The position numbers were made by a program, and so were the translations under genes. A model generated the notes under the pieces. That model saw only the letters and a list, made by a program, of their open reading frames with translations. It did no database searches and was not told the DNA's origin. Below are positions 27,830 through 40,099 of a DNA stretch of 64,000 nucleotides, piece by piece; the first letter of the stretch is position 1; the number at the start of each line of letters is the position of its first letter. The DNA is from Peribolospora baueri. Its lineage: Eukaryota. Where the stretch lies: contig JAMDHS010000006.1 in the NCBI GenBank assembly GCA_029717555.1, positions 62,001 to 126,000 on the forward strand. Direction: 5' to 3'.

Positions 27830-30800
27830 GTTGGACGCGGTGTGGGCGGCGAGCTGAGGAGGAGGAGGAGGGTAAGAGAGCGTGTAAAAAGGAACGTGGA
27901 GGGACGAGGAGGAGGCAGAGAGAGATGCGGGCGAGAGGGAGTGATGGTGGTGGGTAGAAAAGGGCGAGTGAGGGAGTGAGTGATACCACGTCGGCCGGCC
28001 GGCTGGCTGGGCGACGACAGGGGCGAGCGAGGCGGTCGGACGGGCCGGGAGCTGCTGCGGGACGAGGTGCCGAGTTGCGTTGGCGCGCACGGGTGCAAGT
28101 AAAGCCAAGGCCAAGGCGAGGCGAGGCGAGCGGGTGCAGACGGACGGACGATGGGCGGACGAGCGTCAGTGGCGCAGACAGGCGGTGGTGGTGGTGGTGG
28201 GCTTGCTTTGCTGGCTTGTCACCGGTGGACGCTTGTAAACGACAAACGACGGGAGTGAAAACCAATTTGAGCAGTGGCGGAGGCGGCGCGGCGAAGAAAG
28301 AAGAAGAAGAAGAAGATATCTCTCCTCTTCCTCTCTCCTCCTCCTCTCTCCCCCTTAGCGCCCTCTTGGCCCTCCTCCTCGCCCGCTATCCCTCCATCTC
28401 GCTCACCCTCCTCGGCTTGGCTTGGCCCACCAAACTCGCTAGCCCGCCAGCCAAAGCGTCGCGCCGGCCGTTGGTGCGGGCCAAGGTCGTCTCGTCTTTC
28501 TCTCCTCTCGGCACAGCCATTCCCCTCCCTCCCGCTCCCGCCTCTCCTCTCCTGTCTTGTAGCTACCCTATCGTCCTCCCTCTCGCCCAGCCAGCCGACC
28601 CGAACGAACGAACGAACGCCGAGAGCATCGTCGGTAGATGCGATGCGAGCGCGTGTACCTTTGCGCCGCCGCCGGCACCTACCTCTTCTCCTTCCAGCCG
28701 AGCCGAGCCGGTGCCAATCAGTCTAATGGAAGTTTAGGCGCGCACTCGTTCCGTGTAGCCCGTCAGTGCGCGCGCCCCACCCAACCGTTCCACCCGCCGG
28801 CCCATCCCCTCGTTTGTCCCTCCCTCTAGCTCGGCTTGGCCAAGATCGACGGCAGGTGGCGTAGCACGCTCTGATCTGATCTACTCTACTCTATTCGCCC
28901 TACTGTGCCTGCCGTGCCCGGCGCGGTCGGCGCCGCCAAATAGGTAGGGGGCTAGGTAGCGAGGTAGCTAGCTAGGTAGGCAGACACGACTGCCGACGCT
29001 CTCAGCCACCTTCGTCATGCAACCCGTCGATCCGTCGATCCGTCGCCGCCCACTCGACGTTACGTAACGAGACAAGATGACACGACACGGCTCGAAGTGA
29101 CACGAAGCGACACGACACACACAGACACCTCGACGTACGCACGCGGCGGGCACGCCAGGCAGCAAGCACGCCCGCGCGTTGGCTTTCCGCCGCGCATCTG
29201 AGATACCTACCTAAGCAACTCGCACCCTATCTATCTATCTATCTATCTGCAAGCGTCGTCCCTCGAGGAACGTACGTTACTCCACCACCGCGTCGGACGC
29301 GCGGGACATATCACTTTTCCCGCGTCCGTCCGTCCGTTTTATTGATTTGTTCATCCGTTCATTCACTTGGCAGCCGGCCGTCGATCTCACTTAGACCTTA
29401 CCTCGACCACACCAGGTACTGTGCTCCGTACGGTTTTAAGCTCGTCCTTTTTCCGGATCCGTGGGTGAATGAGTGAATGAATGGATGGATGGATGGACGG
29501 GCAGACAGGGTGACATCCACAAATCTGGAGGAGACGTTCAAATGAATGGAAGGACCAGGCATCCATCCCCTCAGCTTCTTTCTTGACTTGCACCAACACT
29601 TCTTGGGCAACGGGTTGCATCCTTCTACCAAACACTACGAATGAGTCGAACGCAAACGGGTCGGCGAGTAAGGAGAAACCAAGCCTCTATCTACATCATG
29701 GCGAATGGCGAATGGCGAATGGCGACATTCCCATCTCATCCCCCGATCGCCTCGCTTTATCTTCGCTTCGGCCCAAGGAAACGTTTACCGCTTCAACAGT
29801 TATTCTCTCCCGGTCGTAACGATCTGGTGATCGACGACGACCCTCCTTTTCGTCCACCTACCTCCTCCTCGCCACCGTCCTTCGCCCTCCGGCGTGTCGT
29901 GTTCGCTGCACGTAGCGGTGCCTGACAGCATCCGAGAAAAGGCTTGCTTGGGGCCGGAAAAACGCATGCATCGGCGGCACTCCCCGCCACGCCTCGCTCC
30001 TATCTATCCCCGAGTCGGGACGACGACTCGATTCACTCCCTCCATTTCGTTCATTAGTTTTATTCAATGCACACATTACATACATGACGCGCGTCTCGTC
30101 TCGCCTTGGCGCGCCCGCTCCAACCAACGAACGCCTGAGCTGAACCATCCATAGCGGTCACCGCGACTCGAACTTGAACAACACCGACATCGTCGGCGGC
30201 TCACCTGCGGCATAAGAAAAAAATGAGGCGCACAGATTAGCACACTCATCCTCCCTCGACCCGCACGCCGTCGTAGTGCACCGCTTCGACGCCGACGCCC
30301 ACCCCGAGAGTCGGAAGGAAGAACGAAAGAGGGATCAGACACGCAATGGCAGCACGGCAAGCTCCCGAGGGAGCGAGCTCTGATAATGTAGATAAGGTGT
30401 GTTCGTGATGGTTCATCATGTGAAGGAAGAGGGGGGCGTGGTGGGCAAGGGCGCGGTAAAGGAAGATGGGCGCGTGGCGGGGAAGGGCGCGCTACAAGGC
30501 AAACCTGGGCATCCTTCACACCGGTACTCACATCCGCTAGCCGTTCACTTGGACGAGGCGCGAAACGATTCTCTCGATGATGTTCATATCCATCACGACC
30601 TGACCAGACGACGATCCCCGATCACCCTCTCCGATCCATCTAAAGCCACGTGCTCCTAGCGGACGAACGACTGTATAGTTATCTCACGTGATGCGCCTGC
30701 GGTACTTGCCGCTCTGTCCCCGTCGGTTTAGTTAGGGTTATGTCGACGAGAGGCGGCTCGTCGCCACGTCCGTACACTTCTTCCTCTCCAAGGTCAGGCC

Positions 30801-30830
30801 GTTGCATATTCCTCAAGATCATTGCCCATC

Positions 30831-31844
30831 ATGTCTCTCGTCGCTCCCGACCCGTAAGTTCCGGTGCTTGCTGTCGGCGGTCTGCGTGTAGTGCTTGCTG
30901 TCGGCCGTCTGCGTGCGGTGCCCGTTGCTGACCACACTCGACCCGCTCGCTCCGATGATCCCGCTTTCACAGGCACGCGCAGTTCCAGTTCATCTTGCGT
31001 CTCCTCAACACCAACGTCGATGGCAAGGGCAAGATCATGTTCGCCTTGACCGAGATCAAGGGTGTCGGTAGGCGCTACGCCAACATTGTCTGCAAGAAGG
31101 CCGACGTTGACCTCCGCAAGAGGTGTGTGTCGCGCGAGCGATTCGTTGTGGCGCTTTCGGCAAATTGCCCATGTTTTTCGATCTCGTGAGGGAAATACGG
31201 GCGACGGCGGAGCGCAGCCGTGTCCGCGGAGCCGTGCCCGGGCAGTGTGGCGTATGGCGACGTGGATTCAATGGAGGAAGGACGGTTTGGAGGAGGATCG
31301 GTGGGGGAGCAGGCGCGAGCGAATGCGGCTCGACCTTGGCGACAATTTGGGCCATCGCTGACGTTCACATGCCCGCTCTCTCTTTCATAGGGCCGGTGAG
31401 CTCAACTCGGACGAGCTGGAGCGCATCGTCAACATCCTTCAGAACCCGCAAGAGTTCAAGATCCCCGCCTGGTTCCTCAACAGGCAGAAGGACATCGTCG
31501 ACGGCAAGGACTTGCAGGTCGTCTCCAACGGTGTCGACTCCAAGCTCCGCGATGACCTTGAGCGCCTCAAGAAGATTCGCGCCCACCGTGGTCTCCGTCA
31601 CTACGCGTCGTGCGTACATGTCCGCTCCTCGTCTGTTCCTCCCCCGGCGACTGACGAGCCGAGAACGCCTTTGTTTGTCCCATTACAGTCTCCGTGTCAG
31701 GGGTCAGCACACCAAGACCACTGGTCGCCGCGGCAAGACGTAAGTCCACATCTCGAGGCCGCTGCTCAGGCACCTCGTTCTCGAAAGCTAACGAGCGTCA
31801 TCCGCTTCTCCTCGAACAGCGTCGGTGTCTCCAAGAAGAAGTAA
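30831..31844 (+). CDS. RPS18: 40S ribosomal protein S18 (uS13), 5 exons
   Basis: [75 protein letters not shown] and [24 protein letters not shown]. Confidence 0.97.
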
Positions 31845-32332
31845 AACGGGTCGGCGAGCGGTGCCTTATGCCCAGCTTTCACAGGACCTATGCCCCTGGC
31901 GTCACCTCCCTCTCTCCTTGTATGTACCATTTCTCCGGCAATCCGCATGACACCCACACCCACCGTGAGAGAACTGCAAGCGTTTTGTCGAGAGAGAAAG
32001 CGGGATGCTCAGAACGAACGGCGATCCTTCTGGAGCGGGCGGATACCTGTGCGTCATCCCGAGTTGAAGGAGTATCTGGATGTCATATGGCAGGAAGCCG
32101 GGAAGACCAAACGAGCCCTTTATTGATACTGAGATAAGGTGGCAGAGGGAACCTCTTCCCTTTGCAAGCGATTCTCCCTAGGGAGCGCAGTGGCTGCGGT
32201 AATTCCGGCGCCCAATGTCCGTCCGGGATGTCTCGACTTCCGTTCACAGCCCCCCCCGCGTGTTACATAGATAGCTTTTTCTAGACCCCGCTCGTACATA
32301 CCTAGTCCTTTCTCTCCCTAGCTACTCGCGAC

Positions 32333-33684
32333 ATGTCAGACGAGGGCGCTTCAAACAGTGAGTCACTCTCACGCCTTCTATTTATTTTCTTCGCCGACGT
32401 AGTTCGGTGGTCAGGCCATCCATCGCTGATCACCGCCGGCCAATCGGCTCGGAATCGGGCCTTCGTCCGCGCACGGCGCAAAACAGACGAGCGCCTCCTA
32501 GCGGCCGCGCGGGACGACAACGAAGAGCTTTTGGAGGAGGTGTTTAACGCTGAGGGTACATATGACATCAACTATCGGGATGGCTTGGGAAACACTGGTG
32601 AGTCCGCGTCGGCCGTCGGTCATCGGCGTTCGGCGTTCGCGGGTCGCGATCGGCATGGGATCGGTGTTGGGGTTACCATCTGGATCGGGCTCGGTGGACG
32701 GCTTCAGGGATGCGTTTGGAATGGGGGAGGATAGGATTTCGTTCTTGGTCGGATCAGAGACGGGGTTTAGCCGATGGGTGTGGATGCATTGGGGGGACGA
32801 TGAAGGGGGGGGGAGGGGAGACGTTGATGTGGTGTGATGTCCGTCCTGAGCGCCTTGGTCCACCCTTTGGACGAACTCGACGCTCACCCGCTCTGTCCGT
32901 GATGGCTCTGCTTTTCGGTGCTCTCTGAACGCCAGCTCTACACTATGCGTGAGTGTTTGCCCCCTGGAGGACAGCAGCCCCAACACCTCGCTCATGTCTT
33001 TTACCGAATCTACCCCCCCATCATACCTACCTCGTCGCTCTTTTCCCACCTCGGCCCCGCCCGACCTTCAGCGCAGCCCACGGCAGCGCAGTCTCTTTGG
33101 ACCTCCTTCTTGTGCACGAGGGCACCGACGTGGACTTGCAAAACCGCTTGGAGAAGGCCACGCCCCTGCACCTCGCCATGCGACTAGAAGCGGTCGAGTT
33201 GAGGCAGGATATCGGTAAGCGCCTGCGTCTTGCCTCATCCATGGTGTCTATCTTCTAGGCAAGAGTGGAATGTTGGATCGTTTGGATCCATGTTTCTAAT
33301 CGTATGCATCACGCACTTCTTCTTCGCTCCACTCGCTCGCCGCCCAGTTGACTCGCTCCTAGAAGCCGGTGCAGACCCACGAATCAAGGACAAGAATGGG
33401 GACAAGCCCATCGATCTCATCGGGAGCGGCACGTCCGAGGCCGACATCGACCTCCGAAAGTCGCTCCGGAGGGCGGAGGCGACATTGTCCGTCGATACTG
33501 GCGATATAGCGGCCGGTGAGTCAGGAAGCGGTTATACTGGTCTATGTTGGGGTGCCCGAGGCGTTTGCTGACGTTCACATTTATACCATTTATTCCATTT
33601 TTTCTTTTTTTTTTTTCTTTTTTTTTTACTTCAGACGATGATGATGACGAATCCGATGGCGAGCCGTCCGACGAGGACGAGTGA
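32333..33684 (+). CDS. Small ankyrin-repeat protein (YCR051W-like)
   Basis: MSDEGASN-NERLLAAARDDN...DGLGNT-ALHYA-AAHGS...ATPLHLA...LLEAGADPRIKDKNG, with an acidic tail. Confidence 0.88.
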
Positions 33685-33951
33685 TCTCGTCTGCCCCTCT
33701 TGTCGTCGCTGTCGTCAAACTACGTTCTTGGTTTCATGTGTACTACATACTTGTACATGCGCGTTCGCTCGGAAGGGGGGTGGCGGGTGGAGAGGAGGGG
33801 TGATGATTAATTCTGTGTAGAAATGATACCATCGGTACCTAATCCGAAGAGGGGCTGCGTGCAGACGGGTCAGACAGCGTCCGTCCGTGTCCGACCTCAC
33901 CGAAGGGCGTGGTCCGTGCCAGGTCAGAAGGCGGCGCTGACGAGAGCCCCA

Positions 33952-34809
33952 TCACCCATGTGTGCGCCGGTCGGAGTGGCCCAGGTCTTGCTTGGGGGCG
34001 ATCTGATCGCGAATGAGTTGTTTCTAATAAAACGCTAAGGAATGAGGGCGCTGAAAATGGGACAGTGCGGAGAGTGGAGCCGCCGGTCTGGAGACGATCG
34101 TTTTGTCCGAGTCCACTCACTAGCTCCTTCATCTCGGGGAAGCCTCCTGCGACCTTGCGATCCCAGACGAGCTTCAACTTCGCCCCAACCTTGTCCGCCT
34201 GAGTAACTGGCCCTTCGTCGTTGGACACCGTCGACTCCGCTCGATCATGGTCGTCGCCAGCCGCTTCCGCCGCGCACAGACCACCCAACCAGACTCGGAA
34301 GCGACCTCCGGTCTCGGGGCTCACGCGCGGGATGAGCGCTATGGACTGAATCGACGGAGGAGGGAAGGTGAGGAGGAGCTCAGTTTGAACCCATGCCGCT
34401 CTGTGTTGCCTGGTGGTGCCGCGAGAAAGAAAGAGGGAAAGAGAAACTCGCAGGGCGTCAGGTTCGAAACAAGATCGAGCGAACGCAGCTGGCGACTCGC
34501 GTCTGTCGTCTAGTGGCCTACCCACCATCGACACCGATTGCAGTATTCAATCAATATGTAAGGCGCGGGCAAAGGAAGTTGCGGTGGGATGAAGGTGGAA
34601 GGGTCCATCACATCCTCAGCTCTGTCGGCATCTTCCTGAAACCCCCGGCCCTGACCAACGGTAGCGTTCGGTGCCTGCTGGCCATCATGCTGCGGGGTTA
34701 GCGAAGCTTGCCCGGAGGCAGATCGCGTCGCCGACGCTGCGAGCCCAGACGGAGTGCTGCACTCCTCGCAGTCTTCTCTGGGAACGTTCGACAAGGAGAA
34801 GGAACTCAT
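33952..34809 (-). CDS. Rdx family (SelW/SelT/SelH-like) thioredoxin-fold protein
   Basis: IEYCNRCRW-QHRAAWVQTELLLTF, LIP...TGGRFRV and LVWDRKVAGGFPEMKEL-KQLIRDQIAPKQDLGHSD. Confidence 0.9.
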
Positions 34810-34978
34810 CGTGGTCAATGTGTTTGTACGGGAAGAGAAGGTACATGCAGATGGATGACCATGCCGCAGCCTCGTCCAATTAGTCAGCAGCTCCGATCAT
34901 TCACTCTGCCCGCCCGCGGCCGTGTCTGCGTCATTCGACCTCCATCATCTGCTGTCGCGACATTTGCCAACGACAGCC

Positions 34979-36133
34979 ATGTCTTTCGACGACCAAGCCA
35001 CCACGACAGGCAGCAGCGGGAGGCCCAGTGTGAGGAGAGGTGGGAGCGCAAATGCCAAAGGCGTGAGGCAAAGAGCTACGTTCGTATGGAGGGATGAGGA
35101 CGAGAGCGACGAAGCGAGGCCGGCTATCGTTCTGGATGAGCAGGGTGAGCAAGCGAGATAGGTGGCGGAGGGATAGATAAGGAGAGGGACATGTTGAGGG
35201 AGGGGGAAGTGACCGTTTTCTTGCGGCTAGCGAAGGGAAAGCGAGCGTGAAGATCTCACGACGTCTCCTTCCCTACTGCTTCTTCTTCATTCTGTCTTGT
35301 CGACGTGTTGTCCCGTGGTGCGTCATGCACTACAGAGCAAGAAGAGGTCATCGCCGACCTGACTGATACGAATCGACAGTCTAACAAGCATTTTCGCCAA
35401 TTAATGCTCGTCATGCTCTCGCTTTGCCTGGTTCTGTGCGTGCCGTCGTGTCTCTCTTCGCGATCTTTTCCGAACGATCTTTCCCGACCTGACCGAGGCT
35501 AGCTTTACCTGCTTTCACCCTCCACTTCACAGATATCTTATCCACTTCCACGCCGTTGTCTCCTCTTCTTACCCTTCCGAAGCCATCCTCATACCCCTAC
35601 CCATCTATTTCTCCTCGTCCTCTTCTTCCGAGACCGACCCACCCTCACGTGTGGCTCATTTCATCTTCACCATCTGGCAATCGGTGGCCCTCGGCTTCGC
35701 TGCGTCTCTGACACTCCGGCAGCTTTATTGGAACGGTGCATCAGCTTCCACCGAGCCGGGGTCACTCTCTTCCGCATCGGGAACAGGTGACGGAGACTCA
35801 GTCGTAGCAGCAGCGGTCCCGCCCGCGTCGCGTCCCTTCTACCCTCGCCATACGGACGTCTTCTTCGCTGAGGATCCAGTCGCCTACATCTCCCGCACCT
35901 GCTCTGTCGGCGTGACGCTGCCTCGTGTGCTCCTCGCCTCCCTCCTCCCGCCCTTCCTTGTTCTAATTGCCCCCACCTCCATGTCGTGGAGCGCCCGCAA
36001 GCTGGAGGTGACCTGGTGGGGCGTAGGCGCCGCCGCCGTCGGTATCACTTGCTTGGTGGAGAGGTGGATCGAGGAGAGCGAGAGCGATCTGGGGAGGTTG
36101 GGTGATCTAAAGTATCGGTACAAGGGCGCTTGA
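34979..36133 (+). CDS. Hypothetical multi-pass membrane protein
   Basis: Spliced ORF ...VLDEQ-EQEEVIADL...N, with hydrophobic segments and a C-terminal LGDLKYRYKGA*. This LDEQEQE...LKYxYKGA pattern is recalled from uncharacterised fungal proteins. Confidence 0.7.
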
Positions 36134-37453
36134 TGGCGTGCAATTTGACGGCGTCTTCTCCATCTGTTCACCTCTCTCCATTGTGTTGTCGGCACAACGG
36201 TCGTCTTTCGTATTATGGGTGAACTCCGAGATGTGACGTCACCTCGAGCCCTGCGCGACCAAGAACAACCGCCGAGACGCTCGCATTGGTATAGGCCCGC
36301 GAGACAACCCTGCTGGAGGGTAGCTCGCGGCAAGGTTGGGATTGACTTTCATCGTCGTTGCCCTCATCGATTATTTACCGTCATTTGCAGACTGAACAGG
36401 CTCTTTGGCCCAGCAATCTATTGGTGATGCTGAAGCAGGTGGCCGTCTGCCTTTCAGCAGCAAAATCCGCATCCACCTTCTCGATGGCGTCTTGGCGGTC
36501 TTCTTGACTCTATCTTGGCATTATAACTCCTGGTCGCTGGTCGCTGGTCAACTCTCGGGCCGCCTCGAGCAAAGCACGTCGACCCCGCCACGGGCTTTGG
36601 GTTTACATCACCATGACATTTCTTCCCGACTGACTCACTCACAAGGCACATCAAGCAACACGGTTCTGACATGGACAGACTGTTGGAGGCACCATACCGG
36701 TGCTGGCCCTGCCATGGCCTGAGCGCCCTGGGCCGGCGACGTGCGCAATCTGAGCGCATTTAATGATGGATGGCCACAATCGAACAGTCGCATTCACGGT
36801 CGCCAAGGATGTCATCCAAGGGGACCTGCATGGCCTCACCACCTCCTGGGAAAAGACCTTGTTCCGACTCCTAGCCCCACCTCCTCACGGGGACGAGAGG
36901 GCATCCACCACATACTCAGGAGTGCCGAGAAGATGTCGCGTTCCTGTAACTGTGCCGTCCAGCCCTAGTCACTTCTGGTCTTTGATCCTCCTAAGGTTCG
37001 GGTCTGGTCTGGGCGGAAACTTTGGTGCTGTGTGCATCTGAGTTTGGGAAAAATGAGATGCCAGTACTGCATGCTCCCGCTCCGCTCGTCACTTTCACTT
37101 CCTTTATGGTCTTAGCTTGGGTGGTCACCCACGTCCACCGACTGACCTTCACTGCTTCGGAGCGGGCATCCACGGCCGGCCCTCTTCTTTTCAGCCAGCG
37201 TCGAGCGATCTCAGGATTTGCTATGCGATACGGTGCCTTCGTTCATAGAATGCACAATCAGCACTACAAGATGGAGCATGTACCCTGTCTGTCAAAGTTT
37301 GATGGCTTATGCTATTATCACTGGTACGTTGCGAGACGCGAAAGAACGAGTAACCGAGACGATGGAAGTCCAACATCCCAATGCGTCCGAATATTTGATA
37401 GAAGAGATCCACCAGAGTCAACCGGAGAGTGAATCGAACGACGGCCGGACGAA

Positions 37454-39749
37454 TTACACTGGTCGACCGGTCGAGTATTGATGATAGTATTCTGCGACCC
37501 GGACATAATAAGATGCCGAGCGAAGTGGTCTCGAGTCAGCGCTGCTCGTCGGGCTCACGGCCGGTTTGTCCGTCAATCTATTGGACAGTTGTCTGCTCAC
37601 CTTCCGCTTGCGCGATACACCGCACGTTGGCGCCCAGCTTGTTGATCGTCTCCACGTACTCGTCCTCTTCCACGCTGTCGAAGACGATGCCTCCCCCTAC
37701 AACAGCGAGGGAAAGGGAGGGGGAAGGAAGCGAGCGCCGATCAGACATCCAGCTAACGAAGCCCATTTATCCCGCCGTTTCCCCCGGTCCAAGATCGGGC
37801 CTCAGGAAACCGCTGATACTTCTCCTCCCCTACGAACACCAGTCTCGAACCTCGAACTCACCAGCCTGCAAATAGGCCACACCGTCTTTGAATAGCATTG
37901 TGCGGATCGCGATGCAAGTGTCCATGCTATCGTCCGCAAAGTCGAACCTGCCCACCGCGCCAGCATACACGCCCCGCTTCTCACGCTCAAGTTCGGAGAT
38001 GAGCTCGATGGCGCGGATCTTTGGGGCGCCTGAGACGGTGCCGGCTGGGAAGATGGAGCGGAAGGCGTCGAACCTTTTCGCGATTGCGGGTGCCGTCGAT
38101 CAGCGACATCACCGTGTGACTGCCTCGTCTCGCCTCAAACCACATTCCTCCTAACTCACCTCGTCTTACCCTCCCTCAATATCCCGCTAATCTGACTGGT
38201 GAGGTGCATGACGTGGCTGAACTTCTCCACCTGCATGAAGCTGTCAACCTTGACTGTCTTGGGCTGGCACACCCGGTTTACATCGTTGCGGGCCAGGTCC
38301 ACGAGCATGACGTGCTCTGCCTGATCCTTTGTAGAAGCGAGCAGTTGGGCGGCCAATTCTTCGTCCTCTGAAACAAGCGAGGTAATGCGAAGGAGAAATG
38401 GCCGGCGCGTCGTTAGCCGAAATTGTACTCGACCAAAGTGAGGAATAAAACCTGCGGCTATCATTCGCTCTGCTCAGCCCACCTGCTGGATCCCTTCCTC
38501 TCTTGACCGTCCCAGCGATAGCGTGGTTGAAGACACGATTTTCAACAACCTTGCAGAGCGTCTCTGGGCTCGCTCCGACGAGCTGCAAATTGCCGCAATC
38601 AACGTAGAACATGTACGGGCTCGGGTTGACCTGTCGAAGGTGACGGTAGACGTTGAACGGGTGGAGTTTGGTGGGTCGGGCGAGCCGCTGGGACGGAACG
38701 GCCTGGATGATGTCGCCCTTGACGATGTTCTTCTTCAGGCTCGTCACAAAACCTTCATACCCCGCCTTGCCCACGTTACTCACGGCCTCCGGCGCGGGAA
38801 GCTCGATAGAAGGCTGCGGGGGCAGTGGCGTGCTGTGGCTCCGGAGCAGAGCGAGGAGGTTGTAGACTTTGGCGGCGGCGCGTCGATAGAGAGCGAGGAT
38901 GTGGGCCGGGGTGGGCGAGGAAGGTCCTGCGGGCGGGTCGGGGAGGAAAACGTGCGAGACGGCCTTGATGGTCTGGTAGATGTGGTCAAAGACTATGACC
39001 GAGTCACAAATCATGAAGACGGACTCGGGGATCCCGAGCGGGTCCTTGAGGTCGCGGGCCGTCTTGGGCTCGAAGTACTGGACACAATCGTAGGCCACGT
39101 AGCCGATCGCACCGCCTAAACGACAGTGGCAGAAGAAGCCAAGACCGGCAGTAAGATATAGGTGGATCAAGGTGATGACCGATCAGCTGAGCAAACCACG
39201 GAACGCACCAGAGGAGGACGGCACGCCGGGGACCTTGACGTATCTGTACTGGCTTAACTGGGCCTGCAGCGCGACGAGGGGGTCGCCTTGGAACTCTTGG
39301 CCCGGTCCAGATTTGAGGGTTCTTTGAGGGTCTGTAGGGCGGGTTGTGTACCAGAGTCAAGGACCATTGAGTTCTAATCGCGCTGAGCCGGGTGAGCAGC
39401 CATGGCGACACTCACCAGCGCCGATGAAGCTGTACCTTCCGATTGTCTCCCCCCCGGTGACGCTCTCGAAGAGGAACGATTCGGTCGCGTCCTTGGAGAT
39501 GCGAAGATAGGCCATGACAGGAGTGACAAGGTCTGCGGGCATCTCTACGTACACCGGAACGCAGTTGCCCTTGCGCTCGGTCAAGATGAGCCGCGTCACC
39601 TCGTCTAGCGAGGGCGTCAGGTTTGGCTAAAGAGAACGCGACCAGTTACGGTGCAACAAGGTTAGAAGGCAGAGTCCCGAAGGGCGCAGGGCTACCACTT
39701 GAGCAGGATAGCTCACCGCTTCGCCCACCAGATCTGCCCTCGTCGTCAT
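37454..39749 (-). CDS. TRP2: Anthranilate synthase component I
   Basis: [95 protein letters not shown] and GGGIVFDS. Confidence 0.96.
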
Positions 39750-40099
39750 TGTCGTTGCTGGATATGGACGAGATGAGATGGTGGTGGAGGAGGCCCAAAA
39801 CAAGCAACTACGTCGAGCCCAACCGCAGTTCGGACACTCGACGCTCGCTAGGCTGCCCTTGCAGGTTTCCGAGCGCTCCAAGGGCCCGGTGCCGTCACAG
39901 TCACACCCGCACGTGACATTTTCTCACGCCTGCCTCCGCGCGCAACCTCCGCTCCCAAGTCTCCAACCAAGTCGACAATACACCTTCGCGCTTTTCCACG
40001 AAGCTCGCCTCCGTTCTGGCAAGCCTATCGCATACGGACGGACCGACATACAGGCATACGGACAGCCAGACCGGAGTTGTTCGTTTGAGCACGCAAGTC

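Noticed and set aside
27046..28737. Long overlapping ORFs of 250-400 aa around the LysM gene
   Set aside because: Low-complexity shadow frames arising from high GC; no domain signal.
31123..31390. Intronic snoRNA in the long RPS18 intron (also considered DRE2 intron 1)
   Set aside because: No convincing C box (RTGATGA) paired with a D box, and no H/ACA architecture seen by eye.
33952..34809. Possible selenoprotein (SelW-like family)
   Set aside because: The redox motif is CNRC encoded by TGC/TGT. There is no in-frame TGA, so it is a Cys homolog.
20674..39749. Isochorismatase plus anthranilate synthase as a chorismate-derived biosynthetic cluster
   Set aside because: They are ~15 kb apart and separated by unrelated housekeeping genes. 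No NRPS/PKS or tailoring enzymes are present, and TRP2 is primary metabolism.
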